Virus record (IMG/VR): IMGVR_UViG_3300005805_000069
Span: 15,442 to 79,441 of that record
Strand: one strand, 5' to 3'
Source: a virus
Taxonomy: Duplodnaviria > Heunggongvirae > Uroviricota > Caudoviricetes
DNA length: 64,000 nucleotides
The first letter of the stretch is position 1; each line of letters opens with the position of its first letter. The notes under the pieces were generated by a model. That model did no database searches. It saw only the letters and a program-made list of their open reading frames with translations, and was not told the DNA's origin. The position numbers and the translations under genes were made by a program. Shown in pieces: positions 48,952 to 58,918 of this stretch.

Positions 48952-50906
48952 TGAACGTAGTTATTTATGACATAGAAACTTTAAAAGAATATTTTCTGGT
49001 GGTTGTATTGGTTCCAGGAGAGCCATATAGATCATTCAAGGTGAACAGGCACCATAATGACTTGAATGCATTCATGGTATTCACAGAGAGATATAAGGAC
49101 TATTATTGGGTGGGCTACAACAATCTCCGATTTGACTCTCAGGTGATAGAATGGATCATGCGTAATCAAGAACATTGGTTTGACCTTACCAACCTAGAAA
49201 TAGCTGCTAGAATACACCAAAAGGCTGCTGATGTCATACATGACGCTAATTACGATGTGTTTCCTGAATATAGAGAGACTGACCTTACGCTTAGACAAAT
49301 AGATCTTTTCAAGATTCACCACTTCGATAACAAAAATCGAAGGGTGAGTCTGAAGAGACTAGAGTTTGAAATGGACCTAGAGAACATTGAAGAGATGCCT
49401 ATTGATCACAACAAATCAGGGCTCACAAAAGAGGAAATAGTCCTCACAACAGAATATTGCTTCAATGATGTCTGGGCCACCTATCAGTTCTATAAAATCA
49501 CCACAGGTGATTGTGATCACCCGCTCTATAAAGGCAACAACCAAATAGAGCTGAGACAAGATATAGAACAGGAGTTTGGCATACCATGCATAAACTATTC
49601 TGACAGTAAGATTGGTGATGAGATGATCAAGAAATACTACTGCCAGGAGAAAAGAATAGAATACAGAGAACTACCTAAGAAGGGCACGTTTAGAAAGAGC
49701 ATAGATGTAAAGGAATGCATAGCTAAATATGTGAAGTTTACATCCCCAGAGCTAAAACAGTTCCTTGCACGCATCAAAAAGATGAGTTTGGGCTTGCAGG
49801 ATGACTTTAAAGAAGAATTGCATTTCTATGGGAATGTGTATTCCTTCATGAAGGGTGGTTTGCATACAGAAAATAGTCCTAAGATATTTGAAGCTGATGA
49901 CACACATGAAATTATTGACTGGGACGTAAGCTCATACTATCCAGCCATCATTATTAACAATGGTCGTTATCCTGCACATCTAGGTAAGGAGTTTCTACGT
50001 GGTTATAAAGCCATGTTTGAGAAAAGACTAGAGCTAAAACCACTGGCTAAGAAAGATAAGCGTATAAAAGGTATTGTAGGTGCACTAAAGCTTGCTGTAA
50101 ACTCTGTTTATGGTAAGTCAAGTGACATGCAAAACTGGATATATGACAGGCAATTAACCATGTTCACCACTATTACGGGTGAGCTAAGCCTGATGATGCT
50201 TATTGAGGCATATGAACTAGCTGGTATACATGTCATATCTGCCAACACTGATGGTGTAACAATTATGATAAAGAAATGTTACAAAGATGAGATGGATAAG
50301 ATAAATAAGTGGTGGATGGATTTGACCAGCTATGAGCTAGAACGCACTGATTATCAGAAGATTATATTTAGCACCGTAAATGATTACCTAGCAATTAAAA
50401 CAGATGGAGAAGTTAAAAAGAAAGGCGATTTTCTCACGGATTTTGAGCTTCATAAGAACAAGTCAGCAAGGATTGTCCCAATGGCTTTGGAACAATATTA
50501 TACTCGTGATATACCTGTTGATAGTAGTATTAGGAGCCATAATAACATCTTTGACTTCTGCATAAGACAGAAAGCCAGTAAAGACTTTCATTATGAAGGA
50601 ATAGATAGATCCACAGGTAGTAAAACCATCTACAATAAGTTGATTAGGTATTATGTATCCAATACGGGTGAGAAGCTTCTGAAAGTGAAGAATGAGGATT
50701 CACAGAGTGGTGCAGCTGATGTGTCTCAGGTGGAAGCTGGAGAATGGTTAGCCACAGTGTGCAATCATCTAGACAAATCACATCCTTTAGACAACATCAA
50801 TTATGCCTATTACATTGAAAGAGCTGAGAAAATCATAAGCAAGATACAGCTTGGAGGTAAGAAGCGTAAGGTGGTGGTCAATCCTAACCAGTTAAGTTTA
50901 TTCTAA
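48951..50906 (+). CDS. Family-B DNA polymerase with 3'-5' proofreading exonuclease, 651 aa
   Basis: Exo I VIYDIETL, Exo II YNNLRFD, Exo III YCFND. Motif A DWDVSSYYPAIII, motif B KLAVNSVYG, motif C-like ISANTDGV. Confidence 0.85.
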   Translation: MNVVIYDIETLKEYFLVVVLVPGEPYRSFKVNRHHNDLNAFMVFTERYKDYYWVGYNNLRFDSQVIEWIMRNQEHWFDLTNLEIAARIHQKAADVIHDANYDVFPEYRETDLTLRQIDLFKIHHFDNKNRRVSLKRLEFEMDLENIEEMPIDHNKSGLTKEEIVLTTEYCFNDVWATYQFYKITTGDCDHPLYKGNNQIELRQDIEQEFGIPCINYSDSKIGDEMIKKYYCQEKRIEYRELPKKGTFRKSIDVKECIAKYVKFTSPELKQFLARIKKMSLGLQDDFKEELHFYGNVYSFMKGGLHTENSPKIFEADDTHEIIDWDVSSYYPAIIINNGRYPAHLGKEFLRGYKAMFEKRLELKPLAKKDKRIKGIVGALKLAVNSVYGKSSDMQNWIYDRQLTMFTTITGELSLMMLIEAYELAGIHVISANTDGVTIMIKKCYKDEMDKINKWWMDLTSYELERTDYQKIIFSTVNDYLAIKTDGEVKKKGDFLTDFELHKNKSARIVPMALEQYYTRDIPVDSSIRSHNNIFDFCIRQKASKDFHYEGIDRSTGSKTIYNKLIRYYVSNTGEKLLKVKNEDSQSGAADVSQVEAGEWLATVCNHLDKSHPLDNINYAYYIERAEKIISKIQLGGKKRKVVVNPNQLSLF

Positions 50907-51337
50907 TGCTACTAAAAAAAGGTGACAGATTCAAGGATTACATGGGCACACCGTGTTTCATAACATACATGAGAGGAGACATTATTAAGCTCTCCTTCAT
51001 AGAAGAACGCCCACATGTTGAAGTGTGGGACAAAAAAGAATTTATAGATGAGGTGAGAGTAAATAGATTCTTTCCTCAGCCAAAAGAGCCTATCAATAGG
51101 ACAAATATTACAGCACACATGCTTGAATATCAATTGAATATGGTGGGTAAGACAGTAGATCAAGCTAAGAAAATGGATGATTGGTACAGCAAATGGACCA
51201 TGACAGCCAAACAGCATGAACTATTTAAAGCATATGCCATTCCGCTGCTAAAGAAGATTTTTAAATTTAATAAAACAAAAGCGGAGAGCACATTTGCATG
51301 GTTTGACCTGCAATACGGTCTTCGCATAAAAGACTAA
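50906..51337 (+). CDS. Hypothetical protein, 143 aa
   Basis: ORF whose start overlaps the polymerase stop. Confidence 0.45.
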   Translation: MLLKKGDRFKDYMGTPCFITYMRGDIIKLSFIEERPHVEVWDKKEFIDEVRVNRFFPQPKEPINRTNITAHMLEYQLNMVGKTVDQAKKMDDWYSKWTMTAKQHELFKAYAIPLLKKIFKFNKTKAESTFAWFDLQYGLRIKD

Positions 51338-51342
51338 CCCAA

Positions 51343-51486
51343 TGCTTACTATTGCACTCGCTGTCATCCTAATTGGTGTTTGGATATGGATAGGATGGGA
51401 AATATATCACGCTCCAACTATGAAAGATGATGATATAGATGACCCTACCACTACATTTTGGCATGAGGATGATGACAAAAAATAAT
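51343..51486 (+). CDS. Unlisted 47-aa small membrane protein (MLTIALAVILIGVWIWIGWEIY...)
   Basis: Hand-translated. One TM segment and an acidic tail. Confidence 0.3.
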
Positions 51487-51489
51487 CAC

Positions 51490-51675
51490 ATGAAAACAGA
51501 AGATTTCGAGAGAGAACATCTCAAGGATTTTGTATATTTGCAGGCTGCACGCGTTGAAGAGGAAGCAAGAATAATACAAGAAATAAATGAGGAGGAAAAC
51601 CGCCTACCAGCAAAGATTACATTACTCCCTGAACTGAAGAAGAATGAACCTGAAATTAACCCCTTACCATTTTGA
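51490..51675 (+). CDS. Small protein (start trimmed from track ORF 51439..51675)
   Basis: ATG at 51490 lies after the preceding stop. Confidence 0.35.
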   Translation: MKTEDFEREHLKDFVYLQAARVEEEARIIQEINEEENRLPAKITLLPELKKNEPEINPLPF

Positions 51676-52273
51676 AGAGCTCGTCAAAAAGAGTTATTCG
51701 TTAGACATAATTTTTCTGTTGAAGTTGATAGAAGAGCAGTATGATTTGAAACCAATGTATGAAAACAGCATGAAGATTGCTGCTCTTTATCAAACCTTGA
51801 TAAGAAAGGGATTGATCACAGATACAGAGGATAAGCTCACAACACTTGGCACAGATCTTCTAAAATTTATTGAAACAAAAGAAGAAACTAAGATTGTTAA
51901 AAGAAAGCCTGCCACCACAGAGTTTGAAGAATGGTGGAAAGCATATCCAGGCACAGATAATTTCATACATAAGGGCAAGAAGTTTGTGGGATCGAGAACT
52001 CTCAGAAGCAATAGAGATGAGTGTAGACTCAGATTTAACAAGATACTGTTGGAAGGAGAATATACAGCAGCAGAACTAATAGCAGCGCTAGAGTTTGATG
52101 TTCTACAGAAGAAAGAGAACTCTGTCAAGACTGGCACAAATAGGCTCAGCTATATGCAGAGCAGTGCTACGTATTTGAATCAACGCAGCTATGAACCATT
52201 TATTGAACTAATTAAAGAAGGTGCTAAGATAGAAGAAGCACCAATTAAACCTACAGGAGGAACTGACATATGA
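51644..52273 (+). CDS. Hypothetical replication-module protein, 209 aa
   Basis: ORF. A 4-nt overlap with the helicase gene suggests coupling. A helicase-loader role is possible but not supported by motifs. Confidence 0.45.
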   Translation: MNLKLTPYHFEELVKKSYSLDIIFLLKLIEEQYDLKPMYENSMKIAALYQTLIRKGLITDTEDKLTTLGTDLLKFIETKEETKIVKRKPATTEFEEWWKAYPGTDNFIHKGKKFVGSRTLRSNRDECRLRFNKILLEGEYTAAELIAALEFDVLQKKENSVKTGTNRLSYMQSSATYLNQRSYEPFIELIKEGAKIEEAPIKPTGGTDI

Positions 52274-53331
52274 GTTTTGAACAACTGAAACAAGAGGTAG
52301 AACTTGGTCTAGCAGGACGCAACAATGGCATACCTATGGGCTTCTCAAGGTTGAATAGGTACATTGGCATACGCAAGAGCATGTACTTTCTTGTGGGTGG
52401 TTTGACAGGCTCTGGTAAGACATCCTTCATAGATGATGCATTTGTTCTTAATCCATTTGATTGGTATATCAACCAACAAGATCCAGGAGTGAAGCTACGC
52501 ATCATCTATCGTTCTATGGAGCGTTCTCGCACCTATAAGCTGGCTAAATGGGTGAGCAGAAAAATCTTTCTGGATCACGGATTAATTATTCCCGTGAGCA
52601 AGCTATTAGGCTGGAATGAGAAGATGACCAAGGATGAACATGATTTGTTCCTTATGTATGAGGATTACATGGGACAGATGGATGATGTCATCACTATTAT
52701 TGATGGACCAGACAATCCCATAGGTGTTGCCAAAGAATTAAAGGCGCACGCTCTACAAAACGGGCGCGTTGAACAGATAGATGAGTTTAACAAGCGCTAT
52801 TTGCCTAACAATGACAATGAAGTGACTATTGTGGTAATTGACCATATTGGTCTACTTAAAACCACAAAGGACCAGACTACCAAGAAACAGGCTATTGATA
52901 AGATGTCAGATGAGCTTAGATATGCTCGTGACTTTTATGGATATACGCCTGTGGTGGTGAGTCAGTTTAATCGTGATATCAGCAATCCAATAAGAATAAA
53001 GAATGGAGATGTTGAGCCACAGCTGGAGGATTTTGCAGAAAGCAGTCAGACGCAAAATGATGCAGACGTGGTGTTAGCCTTATTTGATCCCATGCGCTAT
53101 AAAGTGGCAGATGCAAGTGGATATGAATTAGAAAAGCTCAAAGACCAGCTTGGTGCTAAGTATTTTAGAAGCTTACGACTCATCAAAAACTCTTATGGAG
53201 AAGATGATGTGCGCGTAGGTCTTGGTTTCATGGGTCAGATAGGCATGTTTAAAGAGCTGCCCAGACGTAGTCACATGACAGACAGTGATTATGAATCTGT
53301 GGTGGACAAAACTTTTTTCTTAAATAAATAA
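52270..53331 (+). CDS. DnaB-family (RecA-fold) replicative helicase domain protein, 353 aa
   Basis: Walker A VGGLTGSGKTSF, Walker B IVVIDHIGLL, and SQFNR (the SQxNR arginine-finger motif of DnaB-family helicases). Confidence 0.7.
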   Translation: MSFEQLKQEVELGLAGRNNGIPMGFSRLNRYIGIRKSMYFLVGGLTGSGKTSFIDDAFVLNPFDWYINQQDPGVKLRIIYRSMERSRTYKLAKWVSRKIFLDHGLIIPVSKLLGWNEKMTKDEHDLFLMYEDYMGQMDDVITIIDGPDNPIGVAKELKAHALQNGRVEQIDEFNKRYLPNNDNEVTIVVIDHIGLLKTTKDQTTKKQAIDKMSDELRYARDFYGYTPVVVSQFNRDISNPIRIKNGDVEPQLEDFAESSQTQNDADVVLALFDPMRYKVADASGYELEKLKDQLGAKYFRSLRLIKNSYGEDDVRVGLGFMGQIGMFKELPRRSHMTDSDYESVVDKTFFLNK

Positions 53332-53492
53332 AATGAATATTAAACTATTTAGCACAGCTCCCAACAGAAAGGACATATTTTGGCAGATTGTGCTCCTACC
53401 AACTATGGCCATCCTAAGAAATCGTGAATTCAATGAATCATATACAGTGTTCACTGCTGAATGGTTATATTGGGGTGTAACAATTATCAGAT

Positions 53493-54569
53493 ATGACAAT
53501 TAGAGATGAAAGGCAGAAAGAGTTTGCCCAGAAATGGATGAAGAACGGTAAGTTTGGTATCCTCAACCTGTGTCCCAGGTTTGGTAAGATCAGAACCACC
53601 ATTAACATCCTGAAGGAACTCAAACCTAAAAGCATCATCATAGCCTATCCAGACACCAAGATTAAAGAGTCTTGGGAATCTGAGTTTAAGCAGATGAAGT
53701 ATAAAAACGAGAATATTCAGTACACCACCCACCTGTCGCTACACAAGTATCAGGAGGAAGAATTTGACCTTGTGGTGATAGATGAGATACATTTGCTGTC
53801 TGAGGCCCAAATAGAGGCTGCTAGGACGCTATTAGAGGTCAATAGCTGCGTTCTAGGGCTTACAGGCACCCTATCTAGGTGGACAGAGGAAACCCTCGCC
53901 CAAGAGCTTAATTTGATGGTGGTGGCTCACTATCCCATTGAGCAGGCTATTGAGGAAGGTGTAATTGTGGATTATGAGATTACGGTGGTGCAAGTTCCTC
54001 TAGATAACACGCGTAAGCAGAATTACAAGGACAAAATCAGAACTGAGAAAGCCCAGTTTGAAGCTTATGGCTGGGTGATAGACCAGATGGAGAGGCAGAA
54101 TAAGCCCACCATGTTCCTCAGGCTAGCTAGGATGCGTATTATTCAGAACAGCATAGCTAAGATGGAGAAAACCAGAGAGCTCATTAAAAAGCATAAAGAT
54201 GAGCGTGTGTTGGTGTTCTGTGGTGTCACGAAGATAAGTGACCAACTAGGCATTCCTGTCTATCATAGCAAGGCAGGAGAGAAATCCACCTTTGAAGCAT
54301 TTGCTAATGGGAAGGGGAATCACTTGGCTGTGATAAAAATAGGTAACACGGGGGTAACATATAAACCTCTTAACCGTGTAATTATTAACTATTTCGACAG
54401 CAATGGTGAAAACCTAGCCCAAAAGATCAACAGATGCATGGCTATGGAATATAACAATCCAGATAAGAAAGCACAGATTTACATTGTATGCTCTACAGAG
54501 GATGTAGAGAGGAAGTGGTTAAAGAGTGCACTAGAATTTTTTGACAAAAGCAAAATAAAATACATATGA
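53493..54569 (+). CDS. SF2 DEAH/DEIH-box helicase-like protein, 358 aa
   Basis: Motif II VVIDEIHLL, P-loop-like PRFGKIRT, TGT motif III. Confidence 0.55.
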   Translation: MTIRDERQKEFAQKWMKNGKFGILNLCPRFGKIRTTINILKELKPKSIIIAYPDTKIKESWESEFKQMKYKNENIQYTTHLSLHKYQEEEFDLVVIDEIHLLSEAQIEAARTLLEVNSCVLGLTGTLSRWTEETLAQELNLMVVAHYPIEQAIEEGVIVDYEITVVQVPLDNTRKQNYKDKIRTEKAQFEAYGWVIDQMERQNKPTMFLRLARMRIIQNSIAKMEKTRELIKKHKDERVLVFCGVTKISDQLGIPVYHSKAGEKSTFEAFANGKGNHLAVIKIGNTGVTYKPLNRVIINYFDSNGENLAQKINRCMAMEYNNPDKKAQIYIVCSTEDVERKWLKSALEFFDKSKIKYI

Positions 54570-54769
54570 AAGTAGAATTGATCAAGGAAGAAAGATTTAA
54601 CGAGAGTCCTTATTACATCATCAGAGTGGATGATAAGTTTGTCACAGGTTCTCCTGAGCAGGAAAAGGCTGAGAAGCTGTACAATGATTTAATTTCTAAC
54701 CCAGATGCACTAAAAACTAAGATAGAAATTTTGAAATCTGAGGAAATTGATGTATCTTCGACGGATTAA
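54566..54769 (+). CDS. Hypothetical protein, 67 aa
   Basis: ORF. Confidence 0.4.
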   Translation: MKVELIKEERFNESPYYIIRVDDKFVTGSPEQEKAEKLYNDLISNPDALKTKIEILKSEEIDVSSTD

Positions 54770-54792
54770 ATCACATTAAACCGTTAAAGCAC

Positions 54793-55464
54793 ATGGCAAG
54801 TAAATTAATTGGAATTGTAGGTCAAACTGGTACAGGTAAATCAACTGCTATCAAGTATCTAGACCCAAAAGAAACGTACATTATCAACGTAGCAAAGAAA
54901 GAACTCCCATTCAAAGGCTCAGAGAAACTGTACAATTCAGAAAACAAGAATTATGCTGAGCTAGATGATGCAGTGAAAATCACACAAAGACTGCGCAAAC
55001 TCTCAGATGATGCCCCTCACATCAAGAACATTGTTATTGAGGACAGCAATTACATTATGGGTTTCACTATTGTGTCAAAGGCCACAGAAGTGGGCTACAC
55101 CAAGTTTAGCGTTATGGCTAAAGACATGGTGGACATGTTTAGAGAAGCTCGTAAGCTCCGTGAGGACATCACGGTGTTTTATCTCACACATCCAGAGACA
55201 ATCGAAGATGGTGGAGATATTGTAGGTTATAAGATTAAGACAGCTGGTAAGATGATTGACAACCAGGTGTTGCTAGAAGGACTCATCACTGTATGTCTCT
55301 ACACATATGTAGAAGAGAACAAGGATGGCACAGCTAGTTACAATCTCATCACCAATAGATTCAAGAAAATGCCTGCAAAAAGTCCAGATGGTATGTTTGC
55401 AGACATCAAAATCCCAAACAACTTACAACTAGTTGTGGACACAGTGAAGAAGTATTACAATTAA
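54793..55464 (+). CDS. P-loop NTPase, 223 aa (Sak4/RecA-like recombination ATPase candidate)
   Basis: N-terminal Walker A GIVGQTGTGKST. Size and context resemble phage Sak4-like proteins. Confidence 0.5.
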   Translation: MASKLIGIVGQTGTGKSTAIKYLDPKETYIINVAKKELPFKGSEKLYNSENKNYAELDDAVKITQRLRKLSDDAPHIKNIVIEDSNYIMGFTIVSKATEVGYTKFSVMAKDMVDMFREARKLREDITVFYLTHPETIEDGGDIVGYKIKTAGKMIDNQVLLEGLITVCLYTYVEENKDGTASYNLITNRFKKMPAKSPDGMFADIKIPNNLQLVVDTVKKYYN

Positions 55465-55483
55465 ATCACATAAAATTAGAAAA

Positions 55484-55777
55484 ATGGAACCAATTTACAC
55501 TTTAACACCCATGGAAGCAGTTGAACAAGTTAAGGAAATTGCTCGTGAATTAGAAAGAATAAGCAGTATAGAAGACACTGTATCTGTATATGAACTATTC
55601 ACTCTTGCAATAAAAATCCAAGAAAACATTCTTAAATCTGAGTATAATGAATTTTATGCAACAGCAAATGTTATTTATACAGGAGAATGTGTCCCATCAG
55701 CATTAGAAAAAATTGGTATGGAATTAAAAAATGTTTCAGAAAGCATTTCAGAAGTTAGTTTATCAAACAAACAATAA
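55484..55777 (+). CDS. Hypothetical protein, 97 aa
   Basis: ORF. Confidence 0.4.
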   Translation: MEPIYTLTPMEAVEQVKEIARELERISSIEDTVSVYELFTLAIKIQENILKSEYNEFYATANVIYTGECVPSALEKIGMELKNVSESISEVSLSNKQ

Positions 55778-55789
55778 AAACAAAGTACA

Positions 55790-56653
55790 ATGATCCAAGG
55801 AGACAAAAAAGAAAGACAATCCCTGCCCGAATTAAGTAAGAAGGTGGGATTATTTGAAGCACGTGTTATTGCAATCAATCCAACAGCTGAGGAATTCAAA
55901 GAAATCCTAGACATTGAGTTGTCTGAGGAAAGCAAGGTTACTGAGTATCTAGGCACAAGCAGAGATGGTAACACATTTTTGCGTGTAGATGTTTGGTTGG
56001 AAGAAATAAAGAACCTAGACAAGTTCAAGGTGACATTCTTCCTAGAGGACAAAGAGCGTGATAACAAAGATGGCAGCAAGAAGCAATATATCAATAACAT
56101 TGGTAAATGTGCTTGGGCTGATGATCCAAACAATCTAGCTGACTGGTTCACAAAACGTGACTACCGTGTTGCATTTGTAGGAGAAGAAGAACTGTATGAG
56201 TTTCTCCGCACATGGTTGGGTGAGCTTGATTATACAAAGGACAGCACAGTGTTGCAGCTTGAGTGGAAGAAGCTCATGAAAGGCAATCTGAAGGATCTGA
56301 AGGATCAAGTGGATGGTGCATATTGTATTAACATTGCAGCACTAGCTACAGTGGTTATCAGACACAAAGATGGTGAGAACAAGGAATATCAAGGCATTTA
56401 CAACAAGGCTTTCCTTCCTGCTTATTACATGAAGAACTTCCGTCTGGTGAATTATAATGATTTCTCCGTGCAGAATGCTCTCAAGAGTAAGAAGACTAGA
56501 GATTTAAAACCTGTTGAGCGTTTTGTAGTGAATGTCACAGGAGAATATGGTTGTAAAGACTATTATGTTCTTCGTGAGCTGCAAGACTATAATCCAGGTG
56601 ATAATCTAGTGGCATCTGACAAGGTGTTATCTAGCGACGGTGATGACTATTAA
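55790..56653 (+). CDS. Putative ssDNA-binding protein, 287 aa (acidic C-terminal tail ending in an aromatic residue)
   Basis: Ends ...SSDGDDY, like the acidic-aromatic tails of T7 gp2.5 and SSBs. Lies in the replication module. Confidence 0.4.
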   Translation: MIQGDKKERQSLPELSKKVGLFEARVIAINPTAEEFKEILDIELSEESKVTEYLGTSRDGNTFLRVDVWLEEIKNLDKFKVTFFLEDKERDNKDGSKKQYINNIGKCAWADDPNNLADWFTKRDYRVAFVGEEELYEFLRTWLGELDYTKDSTVLQLEWKKLMKGNLKDLKDQVDGAYCINIAALATVVIRHKDGENKEYQGIYNKAFLPAYYMKNFRLVNYNDFSVQNALKSKKTRDLKPVERFVVNVTGEYGCKDYYVLRELQDYNPGDNLVASDKVLSSDGDDY

Positions 56654-56708
56654 TATCCATTCCCTCAATAGCCCTCATCAGCGATGGTGGGGGCTTTATT
56701 TTTGAATT

Positions 56709-57089
56709 ATGATAACAATTCCTGTTAGTGTAGGTGAGCTGATTGATAAATACAGCATCCTACAGATAAAGAGATCTAAAGTGAGTGGCACCAAGCTTGA
56801 GAACGTGCAAAATGAAATACAAGCACTGATTTCTTACATAAGGCCCTATCTTATTATAGAAGGCATAAACAGGCTATATGAAGATCTGATAGGTGTGAAC
56901 ACACAATTATGGGATGTGGAAGATGAACTTCGTAAGTTGGAACATAAGAAACAGTTTGATGACAAGTTTATAGAGCTTGCTAGATCTGTTTACTATCTAA
57001 ACGATGAACGTTTCAATATCAAGAATAAAATCAACGTGCTCACAGATTCAGACATTCAAGAAGTAAAACAGTATATTGATTACAAATGA
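56709..57089 (+). CDS. Hypothetical protein, 126 aa
   Basis: ORF. Helical. Confidence 0.4.
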   Translation: MITIPVSVGELIDKYSILQIKRSKVSGTKLENVQNEIQALISYIRPYLIIEGINRLYEDLIGVNTQLWDVEDELRKLEHKKQFDDKFIELARSVYYLNDERFNIKNKINVLTDSDIQEVKQYIDYK

Positions 57090-58090
57090 TTACAGGAGAA
57101 AAGAAGGTGAGGCTAACTCCCCAGGCTATTCTTCAGAAGATATCAGAGTATGACATATTTAGGTTCTACATGCCAGACAAGAGCTGGAAGATCAATCAGG
57201 CCACCTATTCTCCATTCAGAAAGGAGAACAATCCATCCTTCCTTATAGGAAATAGAAAGGGCTTTTTGTCCTTTATAGACTTTGCAGATACAAGTAAACG
57301 CGGAGATTGCTTTGCGTTTGTTAAAACCTTGTACAACATGCAGTCTATTGATGATGTCCTAAGGATGATAGACAAGGACTTTGGGCTAGGATTCCTACCA
57401 GGTCATTCTACAGGTGAATACAAAACTATCACCAAGGAATACAAACAACCTGATGATGTAGGTAAACGCTATTCTCTTATTCAAGTGGTGACACGCAAGT
57501 TCACACAAGAGGAGCTTTCCTATTGGAATGAGTATCACCAGAGTCTGGATGATCTAAGAGCTAACAATGTCTATTCCATCAAGAAGCTATATTTCAACAA
57601 ACAAGCGTTTCCACTAAAGGAAACTGATTTGAGGTTTGGCTATCTGTATGATGGTCATTGGAAGATCTATCGTCCGTTTGCTGATAAGAAGAGCAAATGG
57701 GTGCCTAATAATGTTCCTATTACAGCCATGGATGGAAAAGCTGACATTGCTAATTGTGCTGTTGCTCTCATCAACAAGAGCAAGAAGGATTATATGGTGA
57801 TGAAGAAGATATTTCCATGCTGCTGTGCTGTACAGAATGAGGGCGTAGGATGCTTTTCTGATGAGAATGTAGAATTTCTAAAGGCCAACTCTGACAGACA
57901 GATATTAAGTTTTGACAGCGATGAGACAGGTGTACACAACTCTCAGCAAATTACAGAGCTGTTTGATTTTGAATACATCAATGTCCCTCGTAGATATCTA
58001 TCTGAAGGAATCAAAGACTGGGCAGATTTAGTAAAAAGACATGGGTATTATCCCGTACAGAATTATTTAACACAAAAAAGATTATTATGA
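57086..58090 (+). CDS. Toprim-domain protein, putative DNA primase, 334 aa
   Basis: ILSFDSDETG is a Toprim DxD motif. Context is between the helicase and polymerase genes. Confidence 0.5.
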   Translation: MITGEKKVRLTPQAILQKISEYDIFRFYMPDKSWKINQATYSPFRKENNPSFLIGNRKGFLSFIDFADTSKRGDCFAFVKTLYNMQSIDDVLRMIDKDFGLGFLPGHSTGEYKTITKEYKQPDDVGKRYSLIQVVTRKFTQEELSYWNEYHQSLDDLRANNVYSIKKLYFNKQAFPLKETDLRFGYLYDGHWKIYRPFADKKSKWVPNNVPITAMDGKADIANCAVALINKSKKDYMVMKKIFPCCCAVQNEGVGCFSDENVEFLKANSDRQILSFDSDETGVHNSQQITELFDFEYINVPRRYLSEGIKDWADLVKRHGYYPVQNYLTQKRLL

Positions 58091-58917
58091 CAGAAAACAA
58101 AACCTCCTATGTAACAGCAAAAGACATTTTGTTACAAGCAGAGATTCCTCAAGAAACAAAGACATACAAACCAGTTACACATCAGCAGCTTATGGAACTT
58201 ACGCTTGAAAGCATACACCAAGCAGGGTTTACACTGGACAAAGAGAAGTATAGCGCAGCAAGAGATGGTAATGTAGCAAATGGCAGATACACTATTAGCA
58301 ATGTAGCAGATAGTGAAATGCAATTGCAAATTGGCTGGCAGAATAGCTATGACAAGAGCATGAGCCTTAAGTTTGCTATTGGCACACACATTATGGTTTG
58401 TTCTAATGGATGTGTATCAGGTGACTATGGTGCTTTCAAAAGGAAGCATGTGGGTGAGGTGCAAACGTTCACACCAACAGCTATTACAGAATACATCAAG
58501 CAGGCTGGTGAAGTGTTCAGAAACATGCAATCAGAGCGTGACAACATGAAGAACAGAGAAGTAACCAGACGCACTGCAGCTGAGCTCATTGGTAGAATGA
58601 TTGTTGAAGAAAGCATCATTGAGAGTACACAGCTCAACATCATCCGTAGAGAGCTTGACAAGCCATCATTTGATTATGGTGCTCCAGGCAGCATGTGGGA
58701 ACTCTATCAACACACCACGTATGCTCTGAAGGAGTGTCATCCAAGCAACTGGATGAAAAGTCATATTGATGCACATGCATTCTTTGTGAATGAAAGTGGA
58801 TTGTTACTTCCTACAGATATCAATTCACCCATGGCTGAAACAATGAGAATCATGGAGCTTGGTGGAGATAGTCCAGAGGAAATTGAAGCATTTAGACAAT
58901 TATCAATAGGATTTTAA
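58087..58917 (+). CDS. Hypothetical replication-module protein, 276 aa
   Basis: ORF coupled to the primase gene. Confidence 0.45.
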   Translation: MTENKTSYVTAKDILLQAEIPQETKTYKPVTHQQLMELTLESIHQAGFTLDKEKYSAARDGNVANGRYTISNVADSEMQLQIGWQNSYDKSMSLKFAIGTHIMVCSNGCVSGDYGAFKRKHVGEVQTFTPTAITEYIKQAGEVFRNMQSERDNMKNREVTRRTAAELIGRMIVEESIIESTQLNIIRRELDKPSFDYGAPGSMWELYQHTTYALKECHPSNWMKSHIDAHAFFVNESGLLLPTDINSPMAETMRIMELGGDSPEEIEAFRQLSIGF

Positions 58918-58918
58918 T

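Noticed and set aside
55675-56151. Minus-strand 158-aa ORF
   Set aside because: Antisense to the putative SSB gene and the preceding gene. Low-complexity S/L-rich translation.
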